From SAR86 cluster bacterium SAR86B (GTDB taxonomy: Bacteria > Pseudomonadota > Gammaproteobacteria > Magnimaribacterales > D2472), in the NCBI GenBank assembly GCA_905181955.1, contig CAJJAC010000010.1, forward strand, positions 1,620 to 65,619: a stretch of 64,000 nucleotides of DNA, in the 5' to 3' direction. Each line of letters opens with the position of its first letter. Within the stretch, counting starts at the first letter, position 1. The notes beneath the pieces were generated by a model. The model saw only the letters and a program-made list of their open reading frames with translations, had not been told where the DNA came from and made no database searches. This document shows positions 48,198 to 59,601 of this stretch, piece after piece. A program made the translations under genes and the position numbers.

Positions 48198-50459
48198 ATG
48201 GAAGCAGAAGATAAAAACCAATCAATGAGCCTAAAAAAGTATGCAGAAGAGTCATACCTTAATTATGCCATGTACGTCATTCTTGATAGAGCATTGCCTA
48301 ATATTGGTGATGGCCTTAAGCCAGTCCAAAGAAGAATACTTTATGCCATGTCAGAACTTGGTCTTAATGCAGGAGCAAAATATAAAAAGTCAGCTAGAAC
48401 AGTTGGTGATGTAATCGGAAAATTTCATCCTCATGGAGATGGTGCGGCTTATGAAGCCATGGTGTTAATGGCACAGAGCTTTTCATTTAGATACCCTTTA
48501 GTGGATGGGCAAGGCAACTGGGGCTCTCAAGACGACCCTAAGTCATTTGCAGCAATGCGATACACAGAGTCAAAACTTACAAAGTTTGCTAATTTATTAC
48601 TTGAAGAATTAAAGTATGGAACAGTCGATTGGCAACCAAACTTTGATGGCTCTTTATTAGAACCAATTATTTTTCCAGCAAAAGTTCCTTCAATACTTTT
48701 AAATGGAACTTCAGGTATTGCAGTTGGCATGGCAACAGACATACCTTCTCATAATTTAAATGAAGTTATAGATGCCACTGTTCACATGCTAGAAAACCCT
48801 TCTTCTGATTTAACTGATATTTTAAAATATATAAAAGGACCAGATTTTTCAAATGGTGCCAAATTAATCATAAGTGATGATGAGCTAAATGAAATTTATA
48901 CAACAGGAAAGGGTGGATATAAAATTCAGGCTAAATGGACTAAGGAAGATAATCAAATAATTATTAATGCACTTCCATACCAAGCATCTGGCGCAAAGAT
49001 ATTGGAACAAATTGCAGATCAAATGCAAAATAAAAAAATCCCTATGGTTGTTGATCTTACTGATGAAGGAGACCATGAAGAACCAATTAGACTTGCAATT
49101 ACCATGAAATCTAACAGAGTAAATTCTGATGATTTAATGAATCATCTTTTTGCTTCTACAGATTTACAAAAAACTTATAGAGCTAATATGAACCTTATTT
49201 CACTTAAAGGTAGCCCAAAGGTTTTCTCTCTTGTTGAGCTAATAAAAGAGTGGCTTATTTTTAGAAAAAATACTGTTACTAGGAAGTTAGAGCATAGGCT
49301 AGACCAAGTAAATGATAGGCTTCATATAGTTGAGGGGCTTCTTATTGTTTATCTTGATTTGGATGAAGTAATAAAAATTATTCGTGAGTCTGATGAACCG
49401 AAACCAGAAATTATTAAACATTTTAATATTTCTGATATCCAAGCTAATGCAATCTTAGAAATTAAGCTAAGGCAGTTAGCTAAACTGGAGCAGATTAAAT
49501 TAGAAGAAGAAAAATCTAAATTAGTTAGTGAGCAAAAAGAGATAGAAAAAATACTTGGATCATCAGGCAGGCTAAAGACTCTTATCAAGAAAGAGCTACT
49601 TGAAATAAAAGATGAATATGGTGATGAGAGAAATTCTCCAATTGAAGGCCAATCACATGCAAAAGTCTTCTCAGAAGAAGAGACCTTAGTAACCGAGCCT
49701 ATTACTGTTATTTTATCCTCAGCGGGGTGGATAAGAAGCGCTAAAGGCCACGATATTGATCCAACCACCTTAAGTTATAGAGGTGATGACTCTTTGCAAG
49801 ATTTTTGTAGAGGTAGGAATAATCAAAATGCAGTTTTCTTAGATTCTCAAGGTAAAGCTTATTCGATGGCTGGACATACACTTCCATCAGCTCGCGGCCT
49901 TGGAGACCCAATCACGGGAAGAGTTTCTGCGGATTCTGGCGTAGAGTTTATGTCAACACTCATTGGAAATGATGAAGAGAAATTCATGATAACCAATACA
50001 GCCGGCTATGGTTATGTGTCTGAATTTAAAAATATGGTCTCTTCAAAAAAATCAGGTAAAGCATTTATGAAACTCCCTCAAGGAGCCAAGATGCTAAAAG
50101 CATTAAAAGTAGAAGATGATCATAGATTTATAGTTGCAGCTTCAAACATAGGAAGGCTTCTTATTTTTCCTTTATTAGAATTACCAATTCTACCGAAGGG
50201 CAAAGGTAATAAAGTTGTAAATATACCTAAAGTAAAATTTGAGTCTGGTGAGGAGTTTATGACTCATGTAGCTCTTCTTGCTGATACAAGCAGCTTAAGA
50301 ATAGAGAGTGGAAAAAGATTCTTAACTTTAAAGATAAAAGATCTTGAAAACTACATTTCTTCTCGAGCAAAAAGAGGAAATATGCTCCCTCAAGGCTATA
50401 GAAAAGTTGATTCTATGTCAGAAGAAATAGATTCTAAGCTTTCTGAAGTTGAGCAATAG
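48198..50459 (+). CDS. parC: DNA topoisomerase IV subunit A
   Basis: [17 protein letters not shown] and AAMRYTE (catalytic Tyr) motifs, 753 aa. Confidence 0.9.
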   Translation: MEAEDKNQSMSLKKYAEESYLNYAMYVILDRALPNIGDGLKPVQRRILYAMSELGLNAGAKYKKSARTVGDVIGKFHPHGDGAAYEAMVLMAQSFSFRYPLVDGQGNWGSQDDPKSFAAMRYTESKLTKFANLLLEELKYGTVDWQPNFDGSLLEPIIFPAKVPSILLNGTSGIAVGMATDIPSHNLNEVIDATVHMLENPSSDLTDILKYIKGPDFSNGAKLIISDDELNEIYTTGKGGYKIQAKWTKEDNQIIINALPYQASGAKILEQIADQMQNKKIPMVVDLTDEGDHEEPIRLAITMKSNRVNSDDLMNHLFASTDLQKTYRANMNLISLKGSPKVFSLVELIKEWLIFRKNTVTRKLEHRLDQVNDRLHIVEGLLIVYLDLDEVIKIIRESDEPKPEIIKHFNISDIQANAILEIKLRQLAKLEQIKLEEEKSKLVSEQKEIEKILGSSGRLKTLIKKELLEIKDEYGDERNSPIEGQSHAKVFSEEETLVTEPITVILSSAGWIRSAKGHDIDPTTLSYRGDDSLQDFCRGRNNQNAVFLDSQGKAYSMAGHTLPSARGLGDPITGRVSADSGVEFMSTLIGNDEEKFMITNTAGYGYVSEFKNMVSSKKSGKAFMKLPQGAKMLKALKVEDDHRFIVAASNIGRLLIFPLLELPILPKGKGNKVVNIPKVKFESGEEFMTHVALLADTSSLRIESGKRFLTLKIKDLENYISSRAKRGNMLPQGYRKVDSMSEEIDSKLSEVEQ

Positions 50460-51636
50460 ACTTTTCTAAAATATCTAACCCAGAATTAATCAATTTATCT
50501 TCAATAATCAAGCTTGGAGCAATTCTAATAGTATTGTTATTTGCCTTAAGAACCATCAAGCCATTTTTGTAACATTGTTGAAGAACTGTATCTAAATTAA
50601 CTGTATCAGTAACATTCAATTTACATCCTATCCAAAGACCAGCAGTATTAATTCTTTCAAAACATTTTAGATTTGTATTTATTGCATTTAATTTGTTTAT
50701 AAATATTTTCTCTTTTTTTATAACGTTTGTTAGCAGTCTTTTCTTAGAGACTGTATTTATTACTTCAAGGGCAACAGAGCATGCTAATGGGTTCCCACCA
50801 TAAGTAGTTCCATGAGTTCCAACTTGCATAGATTCAGCAATATGATTTTTAGTAAGAATAGCGCCAATAGGAAATCCATTTCCTAAACCTTTCGCAGAGG
50901 TTACGATATCTGGCTTTATATTAAATTGTTCATAAGCAAATAAAGTACCAGTTCTTCCCACCCCCGACTGAACCTCATCAATAATAATAAGGGCATTATT
51001 TTCTTTGCAAAGTTTTTTTATTTTAGCTATAAAAGGCTTCTTGGCTTTAATTATTCCCGCCTCACCTTGAACTAGCTCAATTACAACTGCTGCAGTTCTT
51101 TTATTAATGATTTTTTCCAAGCCTTCAGTTTCATTATAAGGATGATGATTTATACCTGCTGGCATAGGCCCAAAACCATTAGTCATTCTATCTGAACCGT
51201 TTAATGCAATTGTCATCATAGTTCTGCCATGAAATGCATCTGAAAAAGCTACGATTTCATTTTTATTCTTTCCATATTTTAGGTTTGCGTATTTTCTTGC
51301 TGTCTTTACGGCAGCTTCCATAGCTTCTGCGCCTGAATTTGCAAAAAATACTTTATCAGCAAAGGTATTCTTACAAAGTGTTTTTGCTAAATTTAGAGCT
51401 GGGGCATTAGTCATAGCATTCGATAAGTGCCAAACCTTTTTTGATTGTTCATTTAGTACTTTTACTAGGGGAGGGTAGCAATGACCAAGACTAGTTACTG
51501 CTATTCCTGATGCAAAGTCTATATATTTTTTATTTTTACTATCCCAAACAATTGATCCTTTTGCCTTAACTGGAATAAAATGAGCTGGATTATATACAGG
51601 CATCATATAATCATTAAATTGTTTTCTTGTAACCAT
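50434..51636 (-). CDS. argD: Acetylornithine/succinylornithine aminotransferase (class III PLP)
   Basis: [11 protein letters not shown] and [11 protein letters not shown] (PLP lysine) motifs, 400 aa. Confidence 0.85.
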   Translation of the reverse strand: MVTRKQFNDYMMPVYNPAHFIPVKAKGSIVWDSKNKKYIDFASGIAVTSLGHCYPPLVKVLNEQSKKVWHLSNAMTNAPALNLAKTLCKNTFADKVFFANSGAEAMEAAVKTARKYANLKYGKNKNEIVAFSDAFHGRTMMTIALNGSDRMTNGFGPMPAGINHHPYNETEGLEKIINKRTAAVVIELVQGEAGIIKAKKPFIAKIKKLCKENNALIIIDEVQSGVGRTGTLFAYEQFNIKPDIVTSAKGLGNGFPIGAILTKNHIAESMQVGTHGTTYGGNPLACSVALEVINTVSKKRLLTNVIKKEKIFINKLNAINTNLKCFERINTAGLWIGCKLNVTDTVNLDTVLQQCYKNGLMVLKANNNTIRIAPSLIIEDKLINSGLDILEKSIAQLQKA

Positions 51637-51649
51637 ATCTAAATTATAC

Positions 51650-52141
51650 GTGATTTCAGTAAAAAAAATTAACGAAAAAAACTTTGAAATTTTAATTAAA
51701 CCTAATAGCTCTCTTAATGGATGGCAGAGATTTTTCTTTCTTTCAAGTATCTTTATATTATGTGGAGGAATAGCAATAATTTTTTACTTTGTTGGCGCCA
51801 CTATGATCTTACCTTTTGCAGGTATTGAGCTTAGCGCAGTGTTTTTAGCCTTCTATTTAAATTTTAAATGGAGTGAGCAAAAAGAATTAGTAACCCTATC
51901 TCTGGATCATGTTGTGGTTGAAAAGGGACGCAAGCAAAAAGAATACACCTGGAGAGAATTCAGGACTTTTACTGCTTTTGAAATAAATAAAATTAAAAAA
52001 GATGAAATCAATCTAGGTTTTAAATCAAAAGGACAAGCAGTGCTTGTTGGAGATTTTTTAAATGCAGATGATAAACAAGAACTTCAATATGAGATTTCAA
52101 AAATTATTAATCACTTAAATGAATTAAATCCATCTCTTTAA
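51650..52141 (+). CDS. DUF2244-like two-TM membrane protein (GTG start)
   Basis: NSSL..WQRFFFL... followed by two hydrophobic helices and a conserved soluble tail. Architecture-level call only. Confidence 0.5.
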   Translation: MISVKKINEKNFEILIKPNSSLNGWQRFFFLSSIFILCGGIAIIFYFVGATMILPFAGIELSAVFLAFYLNFKWSEQKELVTLSLDHVVVEKGRKQKEYTWREFRTFTAFEINKIKKDEINLGFKSKGQAVLVGDFLNADDKQELQYEISKIINHLNELNPSL

Positions 52142-53377
52142 TTTTTTTCTTACCTCAATTAGCTTCAAGCTTCCAATCTTAGGTATGCCATCTTTATAAG
52201 ATATTTCAGCTTCACCCTTAATTAGAGGCCTTAGATAATCAATAGCCTTTTTAGTGATTCCATAACCATCTTTAGTTATAAAGCTTTTAGGTAATTTTTT
52301 TTCAACATTAGCAATCTTAGATAGTGGCGCCGCCTCTATTTTCCAGGAGTAGTTTTTTGTTTTACCTCTTACAATAATTGGCATAACACTATTCATACCT
52401 TTGACAGCAAACTCAACCGCTTTAACCCCAACTGCTTGAGCTTGTAACAAATCTGTTTTTGAAGAAAGGTGTCTAGCACTTCTTTGTAAATAATCAGGCA
52501 CAGCCCAGTGAGTCTTTAATTTCAGATTTTTAGTAACAAGATTAGATAAATATGGAGCTACACCTCCCAATTGTGCATGTCCAAAAGAATCTGTTGTATC
52601 TGACTCTGTTAAGAATTTTCCTTTAGCATTTTTAATGCCTTCTGAGGCTACAACCACGCAGTAACCATCCTCAGCTACAGATTTTTTTACCTTCGCCAGA
52701 AAGCTTTTTTGATTAAAATTAATTTCAGGGAATAAAATAATATGTGGAGCATTAGTAACCTCATTTTTAGCCAAGCCACCTGCTGCAGCTATCCAACCTG
52801 CATGTCGGCCCATAACTTCAAGTATGAATACTTTTGTTGAAGATTCTGCCATAGATTTAAGGTCTAAAGAGGCTTCCTGAGTTGAAGTCGCTATATACTT
52901 AGCCACCGAACCAAAACCTGGGCAGCAATCAGTTAGCGCAAGATCATTATCAACAGTTTTAGGTATAGCGATACATTTAATGTCATAACCAACTTTTGCA
53001 CCTAGTTTTGAGATCTTAAATGCAGTATCAGCAGAGTCATTGCCGCCATTATAGAAAAAATATCCAATATTATGAGCCTTGAATACTTCAATAAGTCTTT
53101 CGTACTCAGAAGAGTCTTCATCATAATTTTTTAATTTATATCGGCAGGATCCAAAAGCGCCACCCGGTATTTCCATCAAATTTTTAATCGACGATACTGA
53201 TTCTTTTGAAGTATCTATAAGCTCTTCTCTTAAAGCTCCAATGATTCCATTTTTACCAGCATAAACTTTCCCAATTATTTTGGGATATTTTTTAGCAGTT
53301 AAAATTAAAGATGCAGCCGTAGCATTGATTACTGAGGTCACTCCTCCAGATTGAGCATAAAAAGCATTTCTTTTCAT
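52124..53377 (-). CDS. pfp: 6-phosphofructokinase, predicted pyrophosphate-dependent
   Basis: PFK family (SGGVTSVINA, MGRHAGW). The specificity positions read GGNDS (Asp at the E. coli Gly104 position) and PKTVDND (Lys at the Gly124 position), the PPi-type pattern. Confidence 0.75.
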   Translation of the reverse strand: MKRNAFYAQSGGVTSVINATAASLILTAKKYPKIIGKVYAGKNGIIGALREELIDTSKESVSSIKNLMEIPGGAFGSCRYKLKNYDEDSSEYERLIEVFKAHNIGYFFYNGGNDSADTAFKISKLGAKVGYDIKCIAIPKTVDNDLALTDCCPGFGSVAKYIATSTQEASLDLKSMAESSTKVFILEVMGRHAGWIAAAGGLAKNEVTNAPHIILFPEINFNQKSFLAKVKKSVAEDGYCVVVASEGIKNAKGKFLTESDTTDSFGHAQLGGVAPYLSNLVTKNLKLKTHWAVPDYLQRSARHLSSKTDLLQAQAVGVKAVEFAVKGMNSVMPIIVRGKTKNYSWKIEAAPLSKIANVEKKLPKSFITKDGYGITKKAIDYLRPLIKGEAEISYKDGIPKIGSLKLIEVRKKLKRWI

Positions 53378-53440
53378 TTATTTATTTAAAATGTAATTTA
53401 AGCTATCGTATCAAAAAGATCTTAAATAGATAAGTTTTAT

Positions 53441-54748
53441 ATGAAAATACACATACTTGGAATTTGCGGAACCTTCATGGGAGGCCTGGCACAAATTTTA
53501 AAGGAATCAGGGCATGATATCAGTGGTGCTGATAAACAGTTTTATGCGCCCATGTCTGACCACTTAAAAAAATTAAATATTAAGACTACTGAGGGTTATT
53601 TAGTTGAGACTATGCCTGATGCAGACCTTTATATAATTGGTAATGCTCTTTCTAGAGGAAATCCATGTGTAGAGAATATTCTTGATAACAAGCTGCCATA
53701 CAAATCTGGTCCAGAAATGCTTGGTGAAATTCTAAAAGATAGAGATGTTATAGCTATATCTGGCACTCACGGTAAAACATCGACAGCCTACATGACATGT
53801 CATATTTTACTCTCACAAGGCTTAGATATAGGTTTTTTAGTTGGAGGTATCAGTAATATGATAGATGGCTCTGCTAGACTTGGAGAAGATAAATTATTTG
53901 TTATAGAGGCTGATGAATATGATTCAGCTTTCTTTGATAAACGCTCTAAATTCATCCATTATTCCCCAAATACTCTAGTTATTAATAATATAGAGTTTGA
54001 TCATGCTGATATTTTTAATGACTTAAATGATATTAAGAGGCAATTTCATCATCTTGTAAAAATAATTCCAGGAAATGGAAATATTATTTATTTTGAAGAT
54101 GATAAAAATATATTAGATCTTTTAAGCCAGGGTAGCTGGTCTACTTTAATTCCTATAGGCGAGAATGGTTCATATCAGGTTGATACTAAAGATAATCTTA
54201 TACACGCCTTAGGTAAGAAATATTCATTAGATAATTTTGAAATCTTTGGTGCACATAATGCAAAAAATATAGTTGCAGCTATTGCTGCAGCAAATATTAA
54301 TGGAGTCTCTGTAGATAGCTCCATTAATGCCCTTAAAAATTTTGAAGGGGTAAAAAGAAGACTTGAAATAAAATATGAAGACTCATCAACCATGATCATT
54401 GATGATTTTGCTCATCACCCAACAGCAATAAAATATGCCATTAATGCAGTTCAAAATAAATTTAAAGGAAGTAGTATTTTAGGGTTGATTGAATTGGGTT
54501 CAAACACTATGTCTGAAGGAGTTCATGGGGATGAGGTTATTAATGCGTCATCAGCATTAGATAAAGTAATTTGGCTTGATTCAAAAGAGGTACTTGCTGG
54601 CAAATGCTCTAATACTTATAGTAGCGATAACCAATGTTTAGAATTAATAAAAGATGATATTAGTAAGTTTGATATCCTTTTAATTATGACAAATAAAAAT
54701 AGCGAGAGACTATGGAGCCCAATCATTGAACACATCAAAAATAAATAA
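53441..54748 (+). CDS. mpl: UDP-N-acetylmuramate:L-alanyl-gamma-D-glutamyl-meso-DAP ligase (murein peptide recycling)
   Basis: Mur ligase motifs GICGTFMGGLA and GTHGKTST. Length of about 435 aa, typical of Mpl. Confidence 0.85.
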   Translation: MKIHILGICGTFMGGLAQILKESGHDISGADKQFYAPMSDHLKKLNIKTTEGYLVETMPDADLYIIGNALSRGNPCVENILDNKLPYKSGPEMLGEILKDRDVIAISGTHGKTSTAYMTCHILLSQGLDIGFLVGGISNMIDGSARLGEDKLFVIEADEYDSAFFDKRSKFIHYSPNTLVINNIEFDHADIFNDLNDIKRQFHHLVKIIPGNGNIIYFEDDKNILDLLSQGSWSTLIPIGENGSYQVDTKDNLIHALGKKYSLDNFEIFGAHNAKNIVAAIAAANINGVSVDSSINALKNFEGVKRRLEIKYEDSSTMIIDDFAHHPTAIKYAINAVQNKFKGSSILGLIELGSNTMSEGVHGDEVINASSALDKVIWLDSKEVLAGKCSNTYSSDNQCLELIKDDISKFDILLIMTNKNSERLWSPIIEHIKNK

Positions 54749-55325
54749 ACTACCAGTTTTCCCTCTAGGGCTTGTAGTTCTGCCTGGAACTATTCAATCA
54801 CTTCAAATATTTGAACCTAGATATATTGATATGGTTAAAAATTGTATGCAAAACTCTTCTGGCTTTGTAATTACTCTTCAAAGCAAGTCAGACGGCGATG
54901 TTGAATTTGGAATTGTGAAGCAGGGTACTTATGTTGAAATAATCGATTTTAATAATAATCCAAATGGCCTTTTGGGCATAACAGTCAAAGCAATCAACAA
55001 AGTTGCTATTAAAGATATAGTCCAACAAGAAGATACTTTGCATATTGCTGAGATTAAACCTCTTACAGATCCTCTTGTTGATGATCAGGCTTTAATCGCA
55101 AAGCACCCCGAGCTTATTAACATTCTAATTCAACTCAAAGATCATCCGAGAATTAAGGTATTGCCTCTAGAAATAGATTTAACCTCAGCAGACTCTGTTG
55201 CCTATCATTTAGGTGGTTTAATACCTCTGACTTCGCAAGAGAAGCAAAGCATTCTTGAGGCTTTTGATGCATCTCAAAGGATGAATATTTTATCTAGATT
55301 GATTAATAAGTTATCTGAGAAATAA
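54726..55325 (+). CDS. Stand-alone LON N-terminal (substrate-binding, PUA-like) domain protein
   Basis: LPVFPLGLVVLPGTIQSLQIFEPRYIDMV signature, 199 aa. TTG start overlaps the end of mpl. Confidence 0.75.
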   Translation: MNTSKINKLPVFPLGLVVLPGTIQSLQIFEPRYIDMVKNCMQNSSGFVITLQSKSDGDVEFGIVKQGTYVEIIDFNNNPNGLLGITVKAINKVAIKDIVQQEDTLHIAEIKPLTDPLVDDQALIAKHPELINILIQLKDHPRIKVLPLEIDLTSADSVAYHLGGLIPLTSQEKQSILEAFDASQRMNILSRLINKLSEK

Positions 55326-55336
55326 GATTTTAAAAT

Positions 55337-55768
55337 CTATATTTTTAAAGGTGGCTTGTTAGATTTTGCACGTATCCAATTTAAGCTATTTAAAATTGCT
55401 GGAGACCCCACAATTTTTCTTTCTAACTTAAACTTTCCTGGATAATCTATAAATAGGAATCCTGTAACTATTGTTAATATTCCTTGACCTGGAAGTACGA
55501 GCATCATAACTCCACCAATTATTAAAAAAGCGCCAACGGCATTTTTAATAATTAATATTATTAATCTTAAAATGGGAGTTTTTACCTTCCAAAGTGAGGG
55601 ACGTCTTTTCTCATGTAAAAAATAATTCTCAGGTATCTGGGCTAATAACCAGCTTATACCCAACAAACTGAAGGTAAATATTAAAAGTGATGATCCTCCA
55701 AGCCATACCAGTATTTCTGGATGCTCGGTAAACCAATTAAAAATACTATCTATGAGACCTAATTCCAC
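55337..55768 (-). CDS. Small membrane protein, PGPGW-like
   Basis: Hydrophobic helices with an LPGQGILT motif resembling the PGPGW family. Confidence 0.4.
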   Translation of the reverse strand: MELGLIDSIFNWFTEHPEILVWLGGSSLLIFTFSLLGISWLLAQIPENYFLHEKRRPSLWKVKTPILRLIILIIKNAVGAFLIIGGVMMLVLPGQGILTIVTGFLFIDYPGKFKLERKIVGSPAILNSLNWIRAKSNKPPLKI

Positions 55769-55863
55769 TATTAACTTATCTTTTTAACATATAATGTTTT
55801 AGTATATCTTATGACCCTTACTTGTAACTTAATTATCATTTCATCATCAAACCTTAAATAATC

Positions 55864-56208
55864 TTGCCAAAATTAAAATTAAAAGAAATATGCCTATTGG
55901 CACTTGAAGACAATAAAGCTGTAGATATTCTAGCTCTAGATGTTAGAAATATCTCAACATTTGCGGACTCCATAATTATTGCTTCTGCTAACTCAAATCG
56001 TCATGCTAAATCTATCTCAGAAAAGGTGGTTGCAAGTGTAAAAGCAAGCAAAGAATCCTTTCTTGGTGTCGAAGGGCAAAGTGAATCTGGGTGGATATTA
56101 ATAGATTGTGGTGAAGTTGTTATTAATATAATGAAAAATGAAATTAGAGAGTTCTATGACCTTGAAGGCCTTTGGGGAGAGACTACTCTTACTCAAACGC
56201 CTGATTAA
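55864..56208 (+). CDS. rsfS: Ribosomal silencing factor RsfS (TTG start)
   Basis: LEDNKAVDILALDV, ADSIIIASANSNRHAKSI and WILIDCGEVV motifs. Upstream of rlmH. Confidence 0.9.
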   Translation: MPKLKLKEICLLALEDNKAVDILALDVRNISTFADSIIIASANSNRHAKSISEKVVASVKASKESFLGVEGQSESGWILIDCGEVVINIMKNEIREFYDLEGLWGETTLTQTPD

Positions 56209-56672
56209 TGAAATGCAACATTATTAGTGTTGGCCATAAGCCCTCTCAATGGGAATCAGAAGGAATTAATTTTTATACCAAACAATTACCAAAGAACTTC
56301 GTAATTAATTATATTGATCTCAAAGGCAAGCAACATCCAAAAATGTCAAAGGATGAAGTGATAAGGTTAGAAGAGAGCCTTATTTTAGAAAAGTTAAACC
56401 CTAAAGATAAAATAATTGTCTGTGATATGCATGGTAAAGACATGTCTTCTATAGATTTCAGTGAAGTCCTTAATGAAAGTATTAATTTAAATCAAGATAT
56501 CTCATTTGTAATAGGAGGATCTTTTGGTTTATCAGAAAGAGTAATTAATCATGCTGATATAAAATTTTCTGCTTCTTCCCTTACTTTCCCACATAGACTT
56601 TTCAAAATAATTCTTATTGAGCAAATTTATCGCTCATTTTCTATTTTCAATAATCAGCCTTACCATAAATGA
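56208..56672 (+). CDS. rlmH: 23S rRNA (pseudouridine1915-N3)-methyltransferase
   Basis: SPOUT fold, FVIGGSFGLS and LTFPHRL motifs. Confidence 0.9.
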   Translation: MKCNIISVGHKPSQWESEGINFYTKQLPKNFVINYIDLKGKQHPKMSKDEVIRLEESLILEKLNPKDKIIVCDMHGKDMSSIDFSEVLNESINLNQDISFVIGGSFGLSERVINHADIKFSASSLTFPHRLFKIILIEQIYRSFSIFNNQPYHK

Positions 56673-58504
56673 TAGATCTCCAAGAAAGATTTATTGAAAG
56701 AAAAAGTTTTATATATAGATTATTTATAGTTTATTTCATGTTTGGAGGCCTTCTATTGGCAGTGCTATATCAAACATTTCAATTACAAATAGCTAATTAC
56801 TCTGAATATGAAATTGCTGCATTGGAAAATAAAACTCATGAAATGAATATTCAGCCTACTAGAGGCATTATTTATGACAGAGATGGAAATATCTTGGTAA
56901 AAAATATTCCAACTTTTAACTTAATAGCTATTCCAAATAAAGTTGATGATCCTGAATTCTTCATAGCAAAAATTAAAAGTTTTATAGACATAACTGAAGA
57001 AGAAGAAAATATTTTTTATGAGAAATTTAAAAGCAAGGCTAGGTACAACAGAGAGCTTGTTGTCAAAACAGACCTAGATCAACAAGAAATTGCTAGTTTT
57101 AAGGTCCGCAAACATAATTATCCAAATCTTCTGGTTGAAAAACGATATAGCAGACATAGCGATTTCCCAAATATTTTATCCCATGTGCTTGGGTATATTG
57201 GCTCACCATCAGATGATGAATTATCAAGCATTCTTACTGAAGCCATTCATCCAAGGCAAGAAACCATCTTCAGTTATGCGAATGGCTTTATTTCTGGGAA
57301 GAGCGGTATTGAAAAAACATTTGATAATTCCTTAAGGGGCGAATTTGGTGAAAAAGTTTATGAAGTTGATGCAAGAGGCAAACTATTGCAAGAAATAAGC
57401 TATACCAAGCCTAAAGAAGGCAATAGTATTTTTACTTCACTTGATCTTGGGTCGCATATAGCTGCAAATGAAGCCTTGAAAGGTAGAATGGGAGCTGTAG
57501 TTGCAGTAGAAATAGATACAGGCGCTATAGTTACTTTATTCAGCTCCCCCTCATATTCCATCAATGATTTATCTAATGGAATATCTAATAATCAATTTAA
57601 TGCTTTAATTCAAAATCCAAATAAACCATTCTTTAATAGAGCGCTAAGAGGAAGGTATCCTCCTGCATCAACTATTAAGCCAGCATTGGGAATATTTGGG
57701 TTACAAAATAAATTAATTGATTGGAATTTTTCTATCGAGGATCCTGGATTTTTTACATTGCCAGAAGATGGAAGGATATATCGAGGATGGAAAAAAGGCG
57801 GTCACGGCACTGTAGATTTAGAAAAAGCTTTAATAGTAAGCTCCAATACCTATTTCTTTTCTTTAGCTTATAGGTCTGATATTAATCAATTAGCTGATCA
57901 TTTATCTAAATTTGGTTTTGGAAAAAAGGTATGCCTTGATTGTTTTGATGAAAACGAGGGTTTAATTCCCGATCCACAATGGAAGAGAAACAAATTAAAT
58001 TCAGGCTGGTCAAGAGGAGACACTGTTAATCTTGGAGTTGGTCAGGGGTATATGGTTGCAACTCCAATTCAATTGGCATATTACAGCAGCATACTTGCAA
58101 AAAAAGGAGCCATTAATAAATTATCTTTAGTTCAGTCTGAGCCTAATCAGGTAGATCATGGAATGAATTTAAATAATTTCACAAAAAAAGACTGGGATCG
58201 ACTGCACATAGCTATGACAGATGTAATTGATTCTCCAGCTGGAACTTCTAGAAGACTAAAGGACTTAAAATCATTTCAAGTTGCTGCCAAGTCAGGTACA
58301 GCTGAGTTAGTAAGTTTGGATAGTAAAGAGGATTACCTTTTAGTAAGACAAAATGAAGCTCAAAGAGATCATGCAATAATGATTGCATTCGGACCAATGC
58401 CTGATCCAAAATATGCCGTAAGTGTTGTAATTGAAAATGGTGAAAGTGGAGGGGCTGTTGCTGGCCCTGTAGCAATATCAGTTCTAAAGGAACTAATTAA
58501 ATAA
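56669..58504 (+). CDS. mrdA: Penicillin-binding protein 2 (elongasome transpeptidase)
   Basis: RG.IYDRDG dimerisation domain. STIKP active site, SSNTYF and KSGTA motifs. Confidence 0.9.
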   Translation: MIDLQERFIERKSFIYRLFIVYFMFGGLLLAVLYQTFQLQIANYSEYEIAALENKTHEMNIQPTRGIIYDRDGNILVKNIPTFNLIAIPNKVDDPEFFIAKIKSFIDITEEEENIFYEKFKSKARYNRELVVKTDLDQQEIASFKVRKHNYPNLLVEKRYSRHSDFPNILSHVLGYIGSPSDDELSSILTEAIHPRQETIFSYANGFISGKSGIEKTFDNSLRGEFGEKVYEVDARGKLLQEISYTKPKEGNSIFTSLDLGSHIAANEALKGRMGAVVAVEIDTGAIVTLFSSPSYSINDLSNGISNNQFNALIQNPNKPFFNRALRGRYPPASTIKPALGIFGLQNKLIDWNFSIEDPGFFTLPEDGRIYRGWKKGGHGTVDLEKALIVSSNTYFFSLAYRSDINQLADHLSKFGFGKKVCLDCFDENEGLIPDPQWKRNKLNSGWSRGDTVNLGVGQGYMVATPIQLAYYSSILAKKGAINKLSLVQSEPNQVDHGMNLNNFTKKDWDRLHIAMTDVIDSPAGTSRRLKDLKSFQVAAKSGTAELVSLDSKEDYLLVRQNEAQRDHAIMIAFGPMPDPKYAVSVVIENGESGGAVAGPVAISVLKELIK

Positions 58505-59601
58505 TGAGATTATTAAAATTTAGGCGCTTTAATTTCTTCTATGATCCCTATCTACTCGTTTCAATCATATTGCTATCATTTATAGGACTTATTGTTTTAT
58601 ATAGTGCCTCGCAGGGCAATACAACCATTGTTATCAAGCAATCTATATTTGTCTTTTTTGGTATCATGTTAATGATTGGAGTAAGTCAGCCCGATCCAGC
58701 ATTCTATAAAAATATATCAGGTTTATTTTTAGTTTTCTCCATTTTTTTAGTAATCCTAACAATTCTCTTTGGTAATGAAATTAATGGAGCTAAAAGGTGG
58801 CTTGATCTAGGTTTCTTTACTCTTCAACCCTCTGAATTAATTAAAATAGCTTTACCAATTTTTCTTGCATCATATCTTTATGATAAATCTTTACCAATTA
58901 ATCTTAGGCATACTTTTATTTCTATATTAATTATAGGCGCATCCTTCTTTCTTATAGTGTTTCAACCAGATCTTGGAACTAGCATTGTTGTGCTCTTAGC
59001 TGGTTTTTATGTTCTATTTTTAGCTGGTCTGAGCTGGAAATTTATTGGTTCAGCTTTTGCTATGTTTACTCTTTCCTTACCTTTTTTATGGAATAATTTA
59101 TTGGAACCTTTTCAAAGACAAAGAATAGCGACACTCTTTAATCCTGAGGCAGATCCATTTGGAGCAGGTTGGAACATTACACAATCAAAAATTGCTATTG
59201 GTTCAGGAGGTATTTTTGGAAAAGGTTATGGCTCTGGCTCCCAAGCTCACCTTGATTTCTTGCCAGAAACTAAAACAGATTTTATTTTTGCTGTTATAGC
59301 CGAAGAGTTTGGTTTTTTTGGAACACTGATCTTGCTATCCATTTATACATTTATTCTTTTTAGATGTTTTTATTTATCATTTAATGCCAGAGATAGATTC
59401 TGTAGACTAACTATTGGTGGGTTAAGCTTAATTTTCGTTACTACAATTTTTGTAAATTTAGGAATGGTAGTTGGAATTCTTCCAGTTGTTGGGATGCCGC
59501 TTCCATTTATAAGTATGGGTGGAACTTCTTTACTATCATTCTATATAGCTTTTGGTATTATTATTTCTATGGCATCTCATAAAAAATTAATCCAACAATG
59601 A
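58504..59601 (+). CDS. mrdB: Peptidoglycan glycosyltransferase RodA (SEDS)
   Basis: 10-TM SEDS protein with QPSELIKI and TDFIFAVIAEEFGF motifs. Confidence 0.9.
   Translation: MRLLKFRRFNFFYDPYLLVSIILLSFIGLIVLYSASQGNTTIVIKQSIFVFFGIMLMIGVSQPDPAFYKNISGLFLVFSIFLVILTILFGNEINGAKRWLDLGFFTLQPSELIKIALPIFLASYLYDKSLPINLRHTFISILIIGASFFLIVFQPDLGTSIVVLLAGFYVLFLAGLSWKFIGSAFAMFTLSLPFLWNNLLEPFQRQRIATLFNPEADPFGAGWNITQSKIAIGSGGIFGKGYGSGSQAHLDFLPETKTDFIFAVIAEEFGFFGTLILLSIYTFILFRCFYLSFNARDRFCRLTIGGLSLIFVTTIFVNLGMVVGILPVVGMPLPFISMGGTSLLSFYIAFGIIISMASHKKLIQQ

Noticed and set aside
49349-49768. 139-aa ORF antisense to parC, and similar antisense ORFs in sixA, psd, tyrS, acs, pfp-region and TBDR genes
   Set aside because: All are nested in strongly supported genes and have low-complexity or Ser/Ile/Phe-rich translations with no recognisable motifs.
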